A stretch of 64,000 nt of DNA from Candidatus Tenderia electrophaga (GCA_001447805.1 CP013099.1:3524235-3588234); one strand, 5' to 3'. Counted from the first letter of the stretch, positions 1 to 11,316 are shown. The notes: generated by a model from the sequence alone, not told the origin. Numbers and translations: made by a program.

Positions 1-618
<618 letters not shown>

Positions 619-620
619 GC

Positions 621-2072
621 ATGGGCCAGGAGATCGATTCAAGCCGTTTCAATCATAAAGATTTTCAGCGCTTTGATGCCAAACTGCGCGACGAGACGCG
701 GCTGTTGGGCGAGTGGTTCGCACAGGATCGTTTCTGCAGCGGCGGTAAGGTCGGCGGTTTCGAACTGGAGGTGTGGTTGGTGGATGACAGCGGTCATCCC
801 AAGCCGGTGAACGATCAATATCTGCAACTGACCGAGGCCCGACATCTGCCCGTGGTGCCGGAGTTGTCACGCTTTAATGTGGAGTTGAACAGCGCGCCGC
901 GTCAGTTGCAGGGCGACGTGTTGAGCCGCATGCGCGCCGAGCTGGACGATACCTGGCGCCAATGCTCGCAGTTGGCGCGCCAGATCGATGCCGGCTTGTT
1001 GATGATCGGTATCCTGCCCACGGTGCGTGATGACCAGCTCACCCTGGCCAATATGTCCGACGTTAAACGTTTCCGCGCGCTCAATGAACAGGTGTTGCGG
1101 CTGCGCGGCGGTCATCCGCTCAACATCGATATCGATGGGTTTGAAGCGCTGCACCTCAGCCACGGTGATGTCATGTTCGAGTCCGCCGCCACTTCGTTTC
1201 AACTGCATCTGCAAGTCGAATTGGATCGGGCGGCGCGCTATTACAACGCCGCCCATATCCTGGCGGCCCCCATGGTTGCGGCCAGCGCCAACTCGCCCTT
1301 TCTGTTCGGTCGCAACCTGTGGGATGAAACGCGTATCCCTTTGTTCGAGCAGGCGGTGGCTTTGGAGGATGTCTACGGCGGCGAGCAATGCGGCGTGGCC
1401 GGCCGGATCGGCCGCGTCACCTTCGGCGCCGCCTATGTGCAGGATTCGGTCTACGAGTCCTTTTTGCGCAACCTGGAGTGTTACCCCGTTCTGTTGCCGG
1501 CACTCAGCGACGAACCGTTCGAGACTCTGCCCCATTTAAGGCTGCACAACGGCACCATCTGGCGTTGGAACCGGCCGTTGATCGGCTTCGACGCGGCCGG
1601 CGAACCGCACCTGCGTCTGGAGCACCGCGTGGTCCCCTCGGGGCCGACGGTGGTGGATGCCATCGCCAACGCGGCGCTGTTCTTCGGCGCCGTCGACAGT
1701 CTGGCCAACAGCGAGATCCCGCCCGAAGCGCGGCTGGATTTCGAACAGGCGCGCGGCAATTTCTACGCCGCTGCCAAACACGGACTGCGCGCCGAGCTGG
1801 TCTGGCTCGACGGCAAGCGCGTGTCGGTGCTGGATCTATTGCAGCAGGAGGTCCTGCCCCTGGCGCGACGCGGCCTGCAGGCATTGGCCCTGGCCCCGGC
1901 GGACATCGATCTCTACCTTGGCATTATGGAAAGTCGTCTCGACAAACAATGCAATGGCGCCGTCTGGCAGCGCCGTTATGTAGAACAACACGGCGCCGAC
2001 ATGACGCGGCTCACCCAGGCCTATCGCGAGCGCCAGCAGCAGGGCGAACCCGTGCACGACTGGTCTCTATAA
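621..2072 (+). CDS. GCS2-family carboxylate-amine ligase (glutamate-cysteine ligase-like), ~484 aa
   Basis: ATG at 621 sits 5 nt after a GGAG. The protein carries motifs typical of glutamate-cysteine ligase family 2 / YbdK-type ligases (GGFELEVWLVDD, NVELNSAP, SFQLHLQVE). The ORF-track start at 543 is an upstream extension with no RBS. Confidence 0.6.
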   Translation: MGQEIDSSRFNHKDFQRFDAKLRDETRLLGEWFAQDRFCSGGKVGGFELEVWLVDDSGHPKPVNDQYLQLTEARHLPVVPELSRFNVELNSAPRQLQGDVLSRMRAELDDTWRQCSQLARQIDAGLLMIGILPTVRDDQLTLANMSDVKRFRALNEQVLRLRGGHPLNIDIDGFEALHLSHGDVMFESAATSFQLHLQVELDRAARYYNAAHILAAPMVAASANSPFLFGRNLWDETRIPLFEQAVALEDVYGGEQCGVAGRIGRVTFGAAYVQDSVYESFLRNLECYPVLLPALSDEPFETLPHLRLHNGTIWRWNRPLIGFDAAGEPHLRLEHRVVPSGPTVVDAIANAALFFGAVDSLANSEIPPEARLDFEQARGNFYAAAKHGLRAELVWLDGKRVSVLDLLQQEVLPLARRGLQALALAPADIDLYLGIMESRLDKQCNGAVWQRRYVEQHGADMTRLTQAYRERQQQGEPVHDWSL

Positions 2073-2079
2073 AAAGGGG

Positions 2080-3120
2080 ATGGCTATGTTGAAGATCTAT
2101 CACGATCTGCCTGAAGGCTTTGACGAAGCCGGGCCTGAGGAGTTACAGGCACTGCTGGGCGGCCCCAGCCTGATCCATTTGCCTGGCCGGCGCGAACCGG
2201 CGCTGTTCGTCTCGCTGATGCTGCACGGCAACGAGCCCACCGGCCTGTATGCCGTCCAGACCCTGTTGCGCGATTACGCCGGCCAGCGCCTGCCGCGTGC
2301 CTTGTCCATCTTCGTCGGCAATGTCAGCGCCGCGGCCGAGAAGCTGCGCCGACTCGACGGCCAGCCCGATTACAATCGCGTCTGGTCGGTGGCCGGCGAT
2401 CTGCCCGAACAGCGCATGATGGCCCAGGTGCTGGCCGAGATGTCCGAGCGCGGCGTCTTCGCCAGTATCGACATCCACAACAACACCGGCATCAATCCCC
2501 ACTACGCCTGCTTCAACAAACTGGAACCGCGCTTCCTGCAATTGGCCGCCCTGTTCAGCCGCACCGTGGTCTACTTTACCAAGCCTGTCGGAGTGCAGAG
2601 CATGGCCTTTGCCGAACTCTGTCCCGCGGTCACACTGGAGTGCGGCCAGCCGGGCCAGGAATACGGCACCGAGCACGCCGCCGATTATCTCGAGGCCTGC
2701 CTCAACATGCACGAGATTCCCGATCACGCGCTGGCGCCCCACGACGTGAGCGTGTTCCACACCGTCGCCATCGTCAAAGTGCCCGAGGCGGTCAGCTTCG
2801 GCTTCGGCCCGCGCGAGGTGCAGCTGCGCTTTATCGACGACCTGGACCATTTCAACTTCAGCGAAATGCCGGCCGGCACCTGCTTCGGCTGGCAGCGCGA
2901 TCCGGCGGCGCATTTGGAGTGTTGCGATGAGCACGGCAACGAGGTAGGCGAGCGTTATTTTGTATACAAAGACGGCAAGATCGAACTCGCCGCCGCGGTG
3001 ATGCCCTCCATGTTGACCCGCGATGAACGTGTCATCCGTCAGGATTGCTTTTGTTATCTCATGGAGCGTTTGGAGCTGCCCCCGCATCTGCAGCAGCGGG
3101 CGCCGCAATCAGAGGCATAA
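2080..3120 (+). CDS. Succinylglutamate desuccinylase / aspartoacylase (AstE-AspA, M14-like) family protein
   Basis: 346-aa ORF with a zinc-ligand-like HGNEPTG motif near the N-terminus, characteristic of the AstE/AspA deacylase family. Starts 8 nt after the upstream ligase stop; AAGGGG RBS. Confidence 0.6.
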   Translation: MAMLKIYHDLPEGFDEAGPEELQALLGGPSLIHLPGRREPALFVSLMLHGNEPTGLYAVQTLLRDYAGQRLPRALSIFVGNVSAAAEKLRRLDGQPDYNRVWSVAGDLPEQRMMAQVLAEMSERGVFASIDIHNNTGINPHYACFNKLEPRFLQLAALFSRTVVYFTKPVGVQSMAFAELCPAVTLECGQPGQEYGTEHAADYLEACLNMHEIPDHALAPHDVSVFHTVAIVKVPEAVSFGFGPREVQLRFIDDLDHFNFSEMPAGTCFGWQRDPAAHLECCDEHGNEVGERYFVYKDGKIELAAAVMPSMLTRDERVIRQDCFCYLMERLELPPHLQQRAPQSEA

Positions 3121-3178
3121 AAAAGCGCGCCCGAAGGCGCGCAATGCATGTCTCGTCCATAGGGATCGAGACTGTCAG

Positions 3179-3418
3179 TCAGCGCTTGGTAATCATGGAG
3201 TAGAGACGGTCCTTGAGTCTCAACCGCTCTTTCTTGAGGAATTCGACATAATCATCAGTGACCGGCCGGCTCTGGGCCTCGATGCCGTAGATCTTCTTGT
3301 CGGTTTCGTCGTAGCGGGATAATAGGGTGGCAAACTGCGGGTCGCTTTTTTTCAGCGAGCTGATGGTTCCGGAAAAGTTGGGAAACTCTTCCTGAAAGTG
3401 ATGACGAACTCCGTACAT
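3179..3418 (-). CDS. DUF465 (YdcH-like) small protein
   Basis: 79 aa. The region FPNFSGTISSLKKSDPQFATLLSRYDETDKKI aligns with the YdcH/DUF465 pattern (FPEYRDLISRLK..P.F..L...H..LD..I). AAGGAG RBS upstream on the minus strand. Confidence 0.75.
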   Translation of the reverse strand: MYGVRHHFQEEFPNFSGTISSLKKSDPQFATLLSRYDETDKKIYGIEAQSRPVTDDYVEFLKKERLRLKDRLYSMITKR

Positions 3419-3644
3419 AGGCTTTTCTCCTTACGAATTGAGTAACTCACCATCAGCCCCGGCTGGATGCCTTTCGACCGGGGTGAATTTCCAGATTGTC
3501 ACGAATCTTTAATTCAAGTCAACTGCCCCCGCCGCCCCGGGTATTTGGGTTAATGGCTTGATTATCTTAATAAATATAGCCCTGCATAGAGCGCGCCAGG
3601 GGCGCAAAGTAGTTGTATTTTCGAAGCTTTTTTGCGGTGGGGAT

Positions 3645-4865
3645 TTATTTGGCCAGGGCCGCGGCGATGGCCTTGCTGCGCAGTTGGCGCAGGCGTTGGG
3701 CCAGCTTGTCGCCCGCCAGGCCTTGCTGCGCCAGGGCGGCGGCGTCCACCGTCAGGGCGGCCTGGCGGGCGCGGCGCAAGATGTCGGCCTGGGGATAGGC
3801 GCGCCCCTCGTAGCCGCTACGGCCACGATAGTCGGCCTGGCAGGCCAGCAGGAACTCCTCGAAGCGTTGCGGGCGCCGAAAGGCGTCCAGGCCCTGCAGG
3901 GTATCGAGCAGGGTGGTCGGGCGCAGCTCGGCGGCGCGGTGGCAATGGCCGTGGTAGCGTGCCGCCAACAGGGCCAGGTCGCGGTAGTCATTGGGCAGGC
4001 GCAACCGCTGACTCAGCTGCTTCACGAGTTTGACGGAACGCCCTTCGTGGCCCTTGTGGCTGGGCCATTCCGCTGGGGGGGTGGTGCCCTTGCCCAGGTC
4101 GTGCAGTAGCGCCGCGCAGCGTATGCGCGGCGCCGGACTCAGCGCGCAGGCCTGGTCCAGCACCATCAGGGTGTGCAGGCCGGTGTCGACCTCGGGATGA
4201 TAATCGGCCCGCTGCGGCACGCCGAACAGGGCGTCCAGTTCGGGGAAGATGGGCGCCAGGGCGCCGCAGTCGCGCAGCGCCTCGAAGAAGGCGCGTGGCC
4301 GCTGTTCGCCCAGGGCCCGTTGGGTCTCCTGCCAGACGCGTTCCGGCACCAGGGCGTCCACCTCGCCGTTGTCCACCATGGTGCGCATCAGGGCTAGGGT
4401 CTCGTCGGCAATACGAAAACCCAGAGGGGCGAAGCGGGCGTAAAAGCGTGCCACACGCAGGATGCGCACCGGGTCTTCGGCGAAGGCGGGGGAGACATGG
4501 CGCAGCAGCTTGTTGTCCAGGTCTTGCCGGCCGTGGAAGGGATCGATGAGATTGCCGGCCGCATCCATGGCCATGGCGTTGATGGTGAGATCGCGCCGCA
4601 TCAGATCGTCTTCCAGACTGACGTCGGGAGCGGCGTGGAAGGCGAAGCCCTTGTAACCCGGTCCGGTCTTGCGCTCGGTGCGCGCCAGGGCGTATTCCTC
4701 CTGGCTCTCGGGATGCAGGAACACGGGAAAGTCCTTGCCCACCTGGCGATAGCCGCGCGCCAACATCTCCTCCGGTGTGGCCCCCACCACCACCCAATCG
4801 CGATCCTGGACCGTTAGGCCCAGCAGTGTGTCTCTGACAGCGCCGCCGACCTGATAGATCTGCAC
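3645..4865 (-). CDS. cca: Multifunctional CCA tRNA nucleotidyltransferase (HD-domain type)
   Basis: [32 protein letters not shown] matches the E. coli Cca N-terminus; an HD motif (LLHDLGKG) is present. I place the start at the GTG for Val14 of the track ORF (4865), which is preceded by GAGG and avoids a 29-nt overlap with the next gene. Confidence 0.85.
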   Translation of the reverse strand: MQIYQVGGAVRDTLLGLTVQDRDWVVVGATPEEMLARGYRQVGKDFPVFLHPESQEEYALARTERKTGPGYKGFAFHAAPDVSLEDDLMRRDLTINAMAMDAAGNLIDPFHGRQDLDNKLLRHVSPAFAEDPVRILRVARFYARFAPLGFRIADETLALMRTMVDNGEVDALVPERVWQETQRALGEQRPRAFFEALRDCGALAPIFPELDALFGVPQRADYHPEVDTGLHTLMVLDQACALSPAPRIRCAALLHDLGKGTTPPAEWPSHKGHEGRSVKLVKQLSQRLRLPNDYRDLALLAARYHGHCHRAAELRPTTLLDTLQGLDAFRRPQRFEEFLLACQADYRGRSGYEGRAYPQADILRRARQAALTVDAAALAQQGLAGDKLAQRLRQLRSKAIAAALAK

Positions 4866-4875
4866 GGGACCTCGT

Positions 4876-5847
4876 TCAGCGCCCGCTGAGCGAATCTTTG
4901 TCACGCGCGGCGCGGCGGCGCAGGGTGTGATAGCGGCCGCGCATATCGGCCCCCCCGATGTACTTGGGTACGATGCTTTCGATGGTCTTGGGCGTCACGC
5001 CGAAGCGCGCCGGAAAGGGATTGCTGCACACCGCCGGCGTCTGCAGGCTCAGGTAATTGTCGTAGGTAAAGGGTTTGTAGGGCAGCTTGCCCATGATCCG
5101 CCCCATGAAGGCCGACATGCCGTTACCCAGCGGAATCACCGGGCGCCGCAGCCCGGTGAGGCGATTGGTGTAGTCGACCACCTGCCTCAGGGTGCAGATA
5201 TCGGGGCCGCACAGCTCGTAGGCCTGGCCGTAGGTGTCCTTGTCGTTGAGGGACTTGACCATGACCTCGGTTACGTCGCCGACATAGATCGGCGCCATGC
5301 GGCTGTCCGGGCAGGTCAGCGGGAATACCGGCAGCCAGCGCAGCAGCCCGGCGAAGCGGTTGAAGAAGTGGTCCTGCTCGCCGAAGATCACCGCGGGGCG
5401 GAAGCTGGTGACGTGCAGATCGTCCGCGGCGTGGGCCAGCCTTTCGCCCGCGCCCTTGCTGCGCAGATATTGGCTGCTGCCCTGATCAGCGTCGGCATTG
5501 AGGGCGCTCATGTGCAGCAGGCGCGTGACCCCGGTGCGGCGGCAGGCCTGGGTGATGCGTTCCACCAGATCGACGTGCACGCGCTTGAAATCGCCGCGCT
5601 TGTTTTCGTTGAGAATGCCCACCAGATTGATCGCCGCATGGCAGCCGACCAGCAGGGCGTCGAGGCTGTCATCATCATGGATACTCGCATCCACCACCTC
5701 CACCTTGGGCAGTACCTGCAGGGAGCGGTGCCGTTCCCGGTTACGTGACGGCACCACCACGTAGTAACCGGCCCGGGTCAGTTGGGACGCCAGGTGATGG
5801 CCGACGAAACCCGTGCCGCCGAGGATGCAGATGGTTTTAGATAACAT
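4876..5847 (-). CDS. NAD(P)-binding SDR protein, complex I NDUFA9-like / epimerase-dehydratase family
   Basis: [12 protein letters not shown] Rossmann motif. 323 aa with an NDUFA9-like architecture. AGGGA RBS. Confidence 0.7.
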   Translation of the reverse strand: MLSKTICILGGTGFVGHHLASQLTRAGYYVVVPSRNRERHRSLQVLPKVEVVDASIHDDDSLDALLVGCHAAINLVGILNENKRGDFKRVHVDLVERITQACRRTGVTRLLHMSALNADADQGSSQYLRSKGAGERLAHAADDLHVTSFRPAVIFGEQDHFFNRFAGLLRWLPVFPLTCPDSRMAPIYVGDVTEVMVKSLNDKDTYGQAYELCGPDICTLRQVVDYTNRLTGLRRPVIPLGNGMSAFMGRIMGKLPYKPFTYDNYLSLQTPAVCSNPFPARFGVTPKTIESIVPKYIGGADMRGRYHTLRRRAARDKDSLSGR

Positions 5848-5997
5848 GCGAAATCCCTGTTCAAATCCGAAAGTGGCGCAAATTTTCCCGTCTTTTCCTA
5901 ACCTTGGTCAAGTTTTTTGCGGCCCGGGCAAGGTTCTGGACGATGGGGTCAAACCCCTTACGCTATACTCAACTGCTATACAGCAAAGGAGTCGCAT

Positions 5998-7362
5998 ATG
6001 CCATTTGTTTCGCAAAATCCCGCTACCGACGAGGTCATGGAGGAATATTCCGACTGGAACGACGAGCAGCTCGAAGAGGCTATGGTTGAGGTCGCCATCG
6101 CCACCCCCAAGTGGGCCGCCACCCCGGTCAGCGAGCGTTGTGAGCACGTGCGCCGGCTCGGCCAGGTGCTCACCCAGCAGCGCGACCGCCTGGCCGAGAC
6201 GGTCAGTCGCGAAATGGGCAAACTCATCGGCGAGGCGCGCAGCGAGGTGGAGAAATGCGCCTGGGTATGTGACTACTATGCCGACAACGGCGCCGAGTTC
6301 CTGGCCGATGAAGTGATCGAGACCGATGCCGGCAAGAGCCTGGTGGCCCATCTGCCCATCGGTACAGTGTTGGCGGTGATGCCGTGGAATTTTCCCCTCT
6401 GGCAGGTGTTCCGTTTTCTTGCCCCAGCCCTGGTGGCGGGCAATACCGGCGTGCTCAAGCATGCCTCCAACGTACCCCAGTGCGCCCTGGCCATCGAAGA
6501 CCTGGTGCGTCGCGCGGGCCTGCCCGCGGGGGTATTCCGTACCCTGATGATTTCGTCCAAGCAGGTGGCCGGGGTGATCGAGGATGCACGCATCCGCGCC
6601 GTCACCCTCACCGGCTCCGAACCTGCCGGGCGCCAGGTGGCCGCCTGCGCCGGCGCCAATCTGAAAAAGACCGTGCTGGAGCTGGGCGGCTCCGACCCCT
6701 TCATCGTGCTCGAGGACGCCGACCTGGACTGGGCCGTGGAGCAGGGTGTCACCTCGCGCTTCCTCAACGGCGGTCAGAGCTGCATCGCCGCCAAGCGCTT
6801 CATCGTGGTCGAAGCGGTGGCCGACGCCTTCCTGGCCAAATTCAAACAGGCGGTGGAGGCGCGCCAGCCCGGCGACCCCCTGGATGAGGCCACCACCCTG
6901 GCGCCGATGGCGCGCAAGGACCTGCGCGATGAGCTGCACCAACAGGTGCAGACCAGCCTGGACAAGGGCGCCGTCGCCGTCACCGGCTGTGCGCCCATCG
7001 ATGCGCCGGGGGCCTATTACCAACCGTCCATTCTCGATGGCGTCAAACCCGGCATGCCGGCCTGGGACGAGGAATTCTTCGGTCCGGTGGCCATCATCAT
7101 CCGCGCCCGCGACGAGCAGGAGGCGGTCAAGATCGCCAATGGTTCCGACTTCGGCCTGGGCGGCAGCGTCTGGACGCGCGACAGTGAACGCGGCGAGCGC
7201 ATCGCCCGCCGGGTGCAGTCCGGCGCGGTATTCGTCAACGGCCTGGTGAAAAGCGATCCGCGTCTGCCCTTCGGCGGCGTCAAGAACTCGGGTTACGGCC
7301 GCGAGCTGTGCCACCATGGCATGATGGAGTTCGTCAACCAGAAAACCCTCTGGATCAAATAG
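5998..7362 (+). CDS. NAD(P)-dependent aldehyde dehydrogenase (succinate-semialdehyde dehydrogenase-like)
   Basis: ATG at 5998 with AGGAG RBS. ALDH motifs are present (ELGGSDP, catalytic Cys in GQSCIAAKR, FGPVA). Confidence 0.8.
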   Translation: MPFVSQNPATDEVMEEYSDWNDEQLEEAMVEVAIATPKWAATPVSERCEHVRRLGQVLTQQRDRLAETVSREMGKLIGEARSEVEKCAWVCDYYADNGAEFLADEVIETDAGKSLVAHLPIGTVLAVMPWNFPLWQVFRFLAPALVAGNTGVLKHASNVPQCALAIEDLVRRAGLPAGVFRTLMISSKQVAGVIEDARIRAVTLTGSEPAGRQVAACAGANLKKTVLELGGSDPFIVLEDADLDWAVEQGVTSRFLNGGQSCIAAKRFIVVEAVADAFLAKFKQAVEARQPGDPLDEATTLAPMARKDLRDELHQQVQTSLDKGAVAVTGCAPIDAPGAYYQPSILDGVKPGMPAWDEEFFGPVAIIIRARDEQEAVKIANGSDFGLGGSVWTRDSERGERIARRVQSGAVFVNGLVKSDPRLPFGGVKNSGYGRELCHHGMMEFVNQKTLWIK

Positions 7363-7377
7363 CGGGAGGCGAACAGA

Positions 7378-8100
7378 CTATTTATTTGCCGCCACCAGTT
7401 CGGCCACGATGTTGCTGGTGATCCTGTCGCGCTCCACCATGCCGATGAGCTGCTTTTTCTCGTTGACCACCGGCAGTTCGGAGAGATTGTTGTGCGACAT
7501 CAGTTGCAGGGCCTTCTCCTTGCTGCTGCCCTGCTCGATTGAGGCCGTCGTGATATCGCCCAGCGTGGTGACGTTGCCGCTTTCCAGGCGGGCGACGATG
7601 TCGAGATTGTTTTCGCGCATTTCAAACAGCAGCTGCGAGGCGTCCATGATGCCCATGAATTCGCCGCTGGTGCGGGTGAACAATACGTACTTGAAGAAGG
7701 GGTAGGGCGTTAGCGCCTGCAGATACTGTTTGATGGCCCAGTTGCTGTAATAGTTGGGCTTGTTGATGTTCAACCTCAGGGCGGCGACCTTTTTCTCGAC
7801 GAATGCGGGGATCTTGCTCAAGCCCTCCTTTTCGTTGGCGGAGATCTGTTCCGGCTCGATCAGGCTGCCTTCCTGCTGCAGCGACACCGGCAGGGCGGTG
7901 GCCTGATTCAGTTTAAAGGCCAGGCCGAAGCCGTTGAACTCCGCCAGCTGACCGGTGGCCAGCAGCCAGATCACCACCGGCGCCAGTCCCAGCGCCAGCC
8001 ATGAGGTCTCGATCTTGAACTCCTTGTTGAGGCGATAGTGGATCAAGGCGAGCACAAACAGAATGGCGAAAAAGACGGCGACGAATATCCACATGGTCAT
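7378..8100 (-). CDS. Membrane protein with two N-terminal TM helices and a C-terminal CBS-domain pair
   Basis: 240-aa ORF with a hydrophobic N-terminus (MTMWIFVAVFFAILFVLALI; WLALGLAPVVIWLLA). GC content is clearly lower than flanking genes. GGAG RBS. Confidence 0.6.
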   Translation of the reverse strand: MTMWIFVAVFFAILFVLALIHYRLNKEFKIETSWLALGLAPVVIWLLATGQLAEFNGFGLAFKLNQATALPVSLQQEGSLIEPEQISANEKEGLSKIPAFVEKKVAALRLNINKPNYYSNWAIKQYLQALTPYPFFKYVLFTRTSGEFMGIMDASQLLFEMRENNLDIVARLESGNVTTLGDITTASIEQGSSKEKALQLMSHNNLSELPVVNEKKQLIGMVERDRITSNIVAELVAANK

Positions 8101-8161
8101 GGTATGACTCCCGTGTCGTAGAAACCGGATACGTCTACTTGTATGTTGATAGCGTGAATCA

Positions 8162-8187
8162 CGGGCGGTTGTGATTACAACCGCCCG
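8162..8187 (-). terminator. Perfect hairpin (11-bp stem, 4-nt loop) immediately after the GDPD gene stop
   Basis: cgggcggttgt-gatt-acaaccgcccg. There is no clear U-tract, so it may be rho-dependent or a stability element. Confidence 0.35.
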
Positions 8188-8201
8188 TTGAGAAGGGCGG
8201 G

Positions 8202-9233
8202 CTAGTGGCCCTCCAACGCCAATCCCATGGCCAGGTCGTCAGTATAAAAACCGTCCACCCCGAGGGAGGACAGGAACAACCACTCGGCGTCCGAATTGAC
8301 CGTGTACACCAGGCCGGCGACGCCCAGATTGTGTAACTGCTGGAGCATCAACGCACCGCTGCCGGGTGTCATAAATTCCAGCTGCTGCAAGACATCCTTG
8401 TCCAGCGCCGCGGCGCGGGATTCCAAGGCCGTCAATGTGCCCACGAATTGGAATACCGACTCATAAATCGGCACCCTGAAAATGGGGCCGACCTGCACCC
8501 ATTGCAGGCCCAGGCCCACGTCCTTGTCCAGCAGGGTCACGGGCAGGCCGCTGGCCGCCTCGAGTTGTGCCGGCGTCAGCAGTTGCAGCAGGTCGAGCGA
8601 CAGAATGCGCGGCAGTTGCGGTTGTTGTTGCTTGACCAAGGCCACAATCTCGGGCGAGAAGGACTCGATCAATACCTGCCTTTGCATCTTGGTGTGATTC
8701 ACCTCGTCCAGGGTGGCGGCGACCAGGGCGGGCACGGTGCCGTCCTCCGGGTCGCACAGCGGCGCCGGGGTCTTGATCTCCAGGATCACCTGGCCGCTGG
8801 GACGCTCGTCGTGGCGTTTGATGGTATAACTGCGGGCGACCTTGAGGATATGCTTGAGTCGGGATGCTTCCCTGAAGCGGTGCCGCAGCTCGGAAAAGCT
8901 CAACTGGTTGACGCAGGTGAAGTCATCGAGAAAATCATCATGCAGGGCCACGGCGATGTGATCCTTGGTCATCACCACATCCACCTCGACAATCTGCGCG
9001 CCCGCGCGAAAGGCGCGCCGCACCGATTCGATGGTGTTTTCGATGGGCTTGTCCGGATGCTCGCCCAGATTGGCGCCGAAGCCGCGATGGCCGATGGCGA
9101 AGGGCTTGAGGTCCGCGCCCAGGACGTCTTCGATGGTCCAGCGATTGTCCTTGTCCGCGGCGGCGTGGGCCGGCAGCGCCACGCACAACAACAGCAATGA
9201 TGTGAAAATAAAACGTGTCAGATAAGTCGGCAT
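8202..9233 (-). CDS. Glycerophosphodiester phosphodiesterase family protein, secreted
   Basis: Signal peptide (LLLLCVALPAHAAAD) and the GDPD catalytic motif AIGHRGF. Confidence 0.8.
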   Translation of the reverse strand: MPTYLTRFIFTSLLLLCVALPAHAAADKDNRWTIEDVLGADLKPFAIGHRGFGANLGEHPDKPIENTIESVRRAFRAGAQIVEVDVVMTKDHIAVALHDDFLDDFTCVNQLSFSELRHRFREASRLKHILKVARSYTIKRHDERPSGQVILEIKTPAPLCDPEDGTVPALVAATLDEVNHTKMQRQVLIESFSPEIVALVKQQQPQLPRILSLDLLQLLTPAQLEAASGLPVTLLDKDVGLGLQWVQVGPIFRVPIYESVFQFVGTLTALESRAAALDKDVLQQLEFMTPGSGALMLQQLHNLGVAGLVYTVNSDAEWLFLSSLGVDGFYTDDLAMGLALEGH

Positions 9234-9383
9234 TACGTCACTCTCCCTGATAGTTATTATTCGGTGCGTCTACACGTCGATGCCTGCGCGCGTGCAGAGT
9301 TACATGATAGTCAATTCTCGCGCTGCTGTGGTGACGGGTAAGGAGAGGTTGCTGGGGATGGAGTGGTGACGTGCCGGCGGCGC

Positions 9384-10964
9384 TTATAAGTCGATATCGA
9401 GTTTGTCCAAGCGGTAGTGCAATTGCCGTGGCGTCATACCCAGGGTACGTGCCGCCAACGTCTTATTGCCCCGGGTTTTGTCGAGCGCCTGCAGGATCGC
9501 TTCTCGATCGCCCGGGTGGACCTTGCTATAGGGGCGGGGCATCAGATCGGCGGGCTGGCCCTCTTGGAAACTTGACATGGCGTTGATCTGGCCGCCTTCT
9601 TCCAGGGCAACGCCGGACTCCTCATTGAGAATGCCCCGGATGGTTTGTTCGCTGATCAGATCGTCATCGCTCATAATCACCAGGCGTTCAACCACATTTT
9701 CCAGCTGGCGCACATTGCCCGGCCATTCGTAGCCCTTCAGCTGGGCGAAGGCGGCATCGCTGAGCATGACGTTGCGTGTGTGCATCTGGTTGCAGCGGTT
9801 AAGAAAGTATAGCGCCAATAGTTCGATATCATCCTTGCGCTGGCGCAGCGGTGGCAGGGTGATGCGGATGACATTCAAGCGATAAAACAGGTCGAGGCGA
9901 AACCCGCCGTTGTTGACGGCCTCTTCCATACGCTGGTTGGTGGCGCTGATAATGCGCACGTCGACGGCGGTCTCCCGGTTGCTGCCGATGCGCTGCACGC
10001 AGCGTTCCTGCAGTACGCGCAGCAGTTTGGCCTGCAGGTCCAGGCTCATGTCGCCGATCTCGTCGAGAAACAGCGTGCCGCCGGCGGCGATCTCGAACTT
10101 GCCGGGCCGCGCGTTCGTGGCGCCGGTGAAGGCCCCTTTCTCATGGCCGAACAGTTCGCTCTCCAGCAGGTTGGCGGGAATGGCGGCGCAATTGATGCAG
10201 ACGAAGGGTTTCTCGCGCCGCTCACTGGCCAGGTGAATCATGCGCGCGAAGCGTTCCTTGCCCGAGCCCGATTCACCCACCAGCATCACCGTGGCTTGCG
10301 ACGCCGCCGCCTTGCGGGCGCGCTCGATGGATTCGCGCAGCGCTCCGCTCTTGCCGATGATGCCGTGCACAGCGTTGTGTTCTCGTCGCTTGACGCGCAG
10401 GGCCCTGTTTTCCTCTTTCAGTTCGCGCGTCTTTTGCTCGATCAGATCATGGATATGCAGGGTCTGGCCGATCATCGCCGCCATGATCTGAAGGATGTAT
10501 AAATCACTGTCGAAGTGGCCGATGACGGTCTTCAGGCAATGCACCGCCAGCACGCCGATGGGGGTGTCGTCGCGCATAATCGGCACGGCCAGATAGGCCA
10601 CGCGTTCACCCGGTGTCGGTTTGGCTGCCGAGACGTGAGCGACATAGGAAGGTTCCTTGCTGACATCGGGGATCAGGGCGATTTCACCTGTCGCCATTAC
10701 CCGACCGGTCACGCCCTCGCCCACGGCATAGGTGCCGCGGTCGATTTCACCCTTGCTGAGGTCGTGACTGTAGGCGATATGCAACATGCGGGTGTCGGGA
10801 GCCGGCAACACAACGCGGCCTCGTGTCAGGCCGAGTTTGTTCGACAACAAGGCCAAGATACCCTGGATGGAATGATGGGGATCGAGGGTTTGTCCCACCA
10901 GCCGTGAGGCATCCTGGATCACTTCAGCGATCTGGGGACTAAACGCCGGGCATTGATTGGGCAT
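9384..10964 (-). CDS. Sigma-54-dependent transcriptional regulator (GAF sensor + AAA+ sigma-54 activator + Fis-type HTH), NifA-like architecture
   Basis: Walker A GESGSGKE and the GAFTGA motif ([15 protein letters not shown]). C-terminal HTH ([17 protein letters not shown]). Start moved to M38 (ATG 10962-10964), which has an AGGAG RBS. Confidence 0.8.
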   Translation of the reverse strand: MPNQCPAFSPQIAEVIQDASRLVGQTLDPHHSIQGILALLSNKLGLTRGRVVLPAPDTRMLHIAYSHDLSKGEIDRGTYAVGEGVTGRVMATGEIALIPDVSKEPSYVAHVSAAKPTPGERVAYLAVPIMRDDTPIGVLAVHCLKTVIGHFDSDLYILQIMAAMIGQTLHIHDLIEQKTRELKEENRALRVKRREHNAVHGIIGKSGALRESIERARKAAASQATVMLVGESGSGKERFARMIHLASERREKPFVCINCAAIPANLLESELFGHEKGAFTGATNARPGKFEIAAGGTLFLDEIGDMSLDLQAKLLRVLQERCVQRIGSNRETAVDVRIISATNQRMEEAVNNGGFRLDLFYRLNVIRITLPPLRQRKDDIELLALYFLNRCNQMHTRNVMLSDAAFAQLKGYEWPGNVRQLENVVERLVIMSDDDLISEQTIRGILNEESGVALEEGGQINAMSSFQEGQPADLMPRPYSKVHPGDREAILQALDKTRGNKTLAARTLGMTPRQLHYRLDKLDIDL

Positions 10965-11316
10965 TGCAGCGGTACTCCTGATGAACTCAGCGCCTGTGAA
11001 TGTTGCTCGTAGAAGAGTAAGACGCCTTGGTTGCAGAATCATTGCATCACTATAGATGGGCGCGGATCTGCACACATCAAGTGATATGCACGTATTATTT
11101 GCATATTGTGTTCCACTTGGTGTGAATGTCTCGATGGGGGGTTTTGTGCGCGATCATTGCGCTTTCAAGGTATGGCAGGTGTGCTGCGCGCCCGGCTAAA
11201 GTGCGACAGCGGCGCGTACTGCACCAATCGATGGAGAAAAATGAGCCCCGAAGGCAGGGAAGGTCTCGGGGAGGGGGAGGAGCCTTGTTTCCTCCAGGGC
11301 TCAAGAACGCTTCAAT

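Noticed and set aside
2143-3108. Long antisense ORFs opposite real genes: 2143-3108 (-), 5908-7317 (-), 16276-18936 (-, 886 aa), 29562-31685 (-, 707 aa), 53591-56107 (-, 838 aa), 46588-47886 (-), 60541-60975 (+) and similar.
   Set aside because: These are typical high-GC artefacts. Their translations are Arg/Ala/Gly/His-rich and low-complexity, they lack RBSs, and the opposite strand carries genes with strong family signatures.
11085-11103. Sigma-54-like motif ATGCACG-N5-TTTGCA upstream of the GAF/sigma-54 regulator.
   Set aside because: The first GG is degenerate (TG) and the GG-to-GC spacing is 2 nt too long. Its orientation also points into a region with no credible plus-strand gene.
11270-11316. 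GGAGGA-N8-TCCTCC hairpin after the DUF2892 gene stop (minus strand).
   Set aside because: A possible terminator, but it lacks a U-tract, the stem is only 6 bp and its purine-rich arms resemble an SD/anti-SD by chance.
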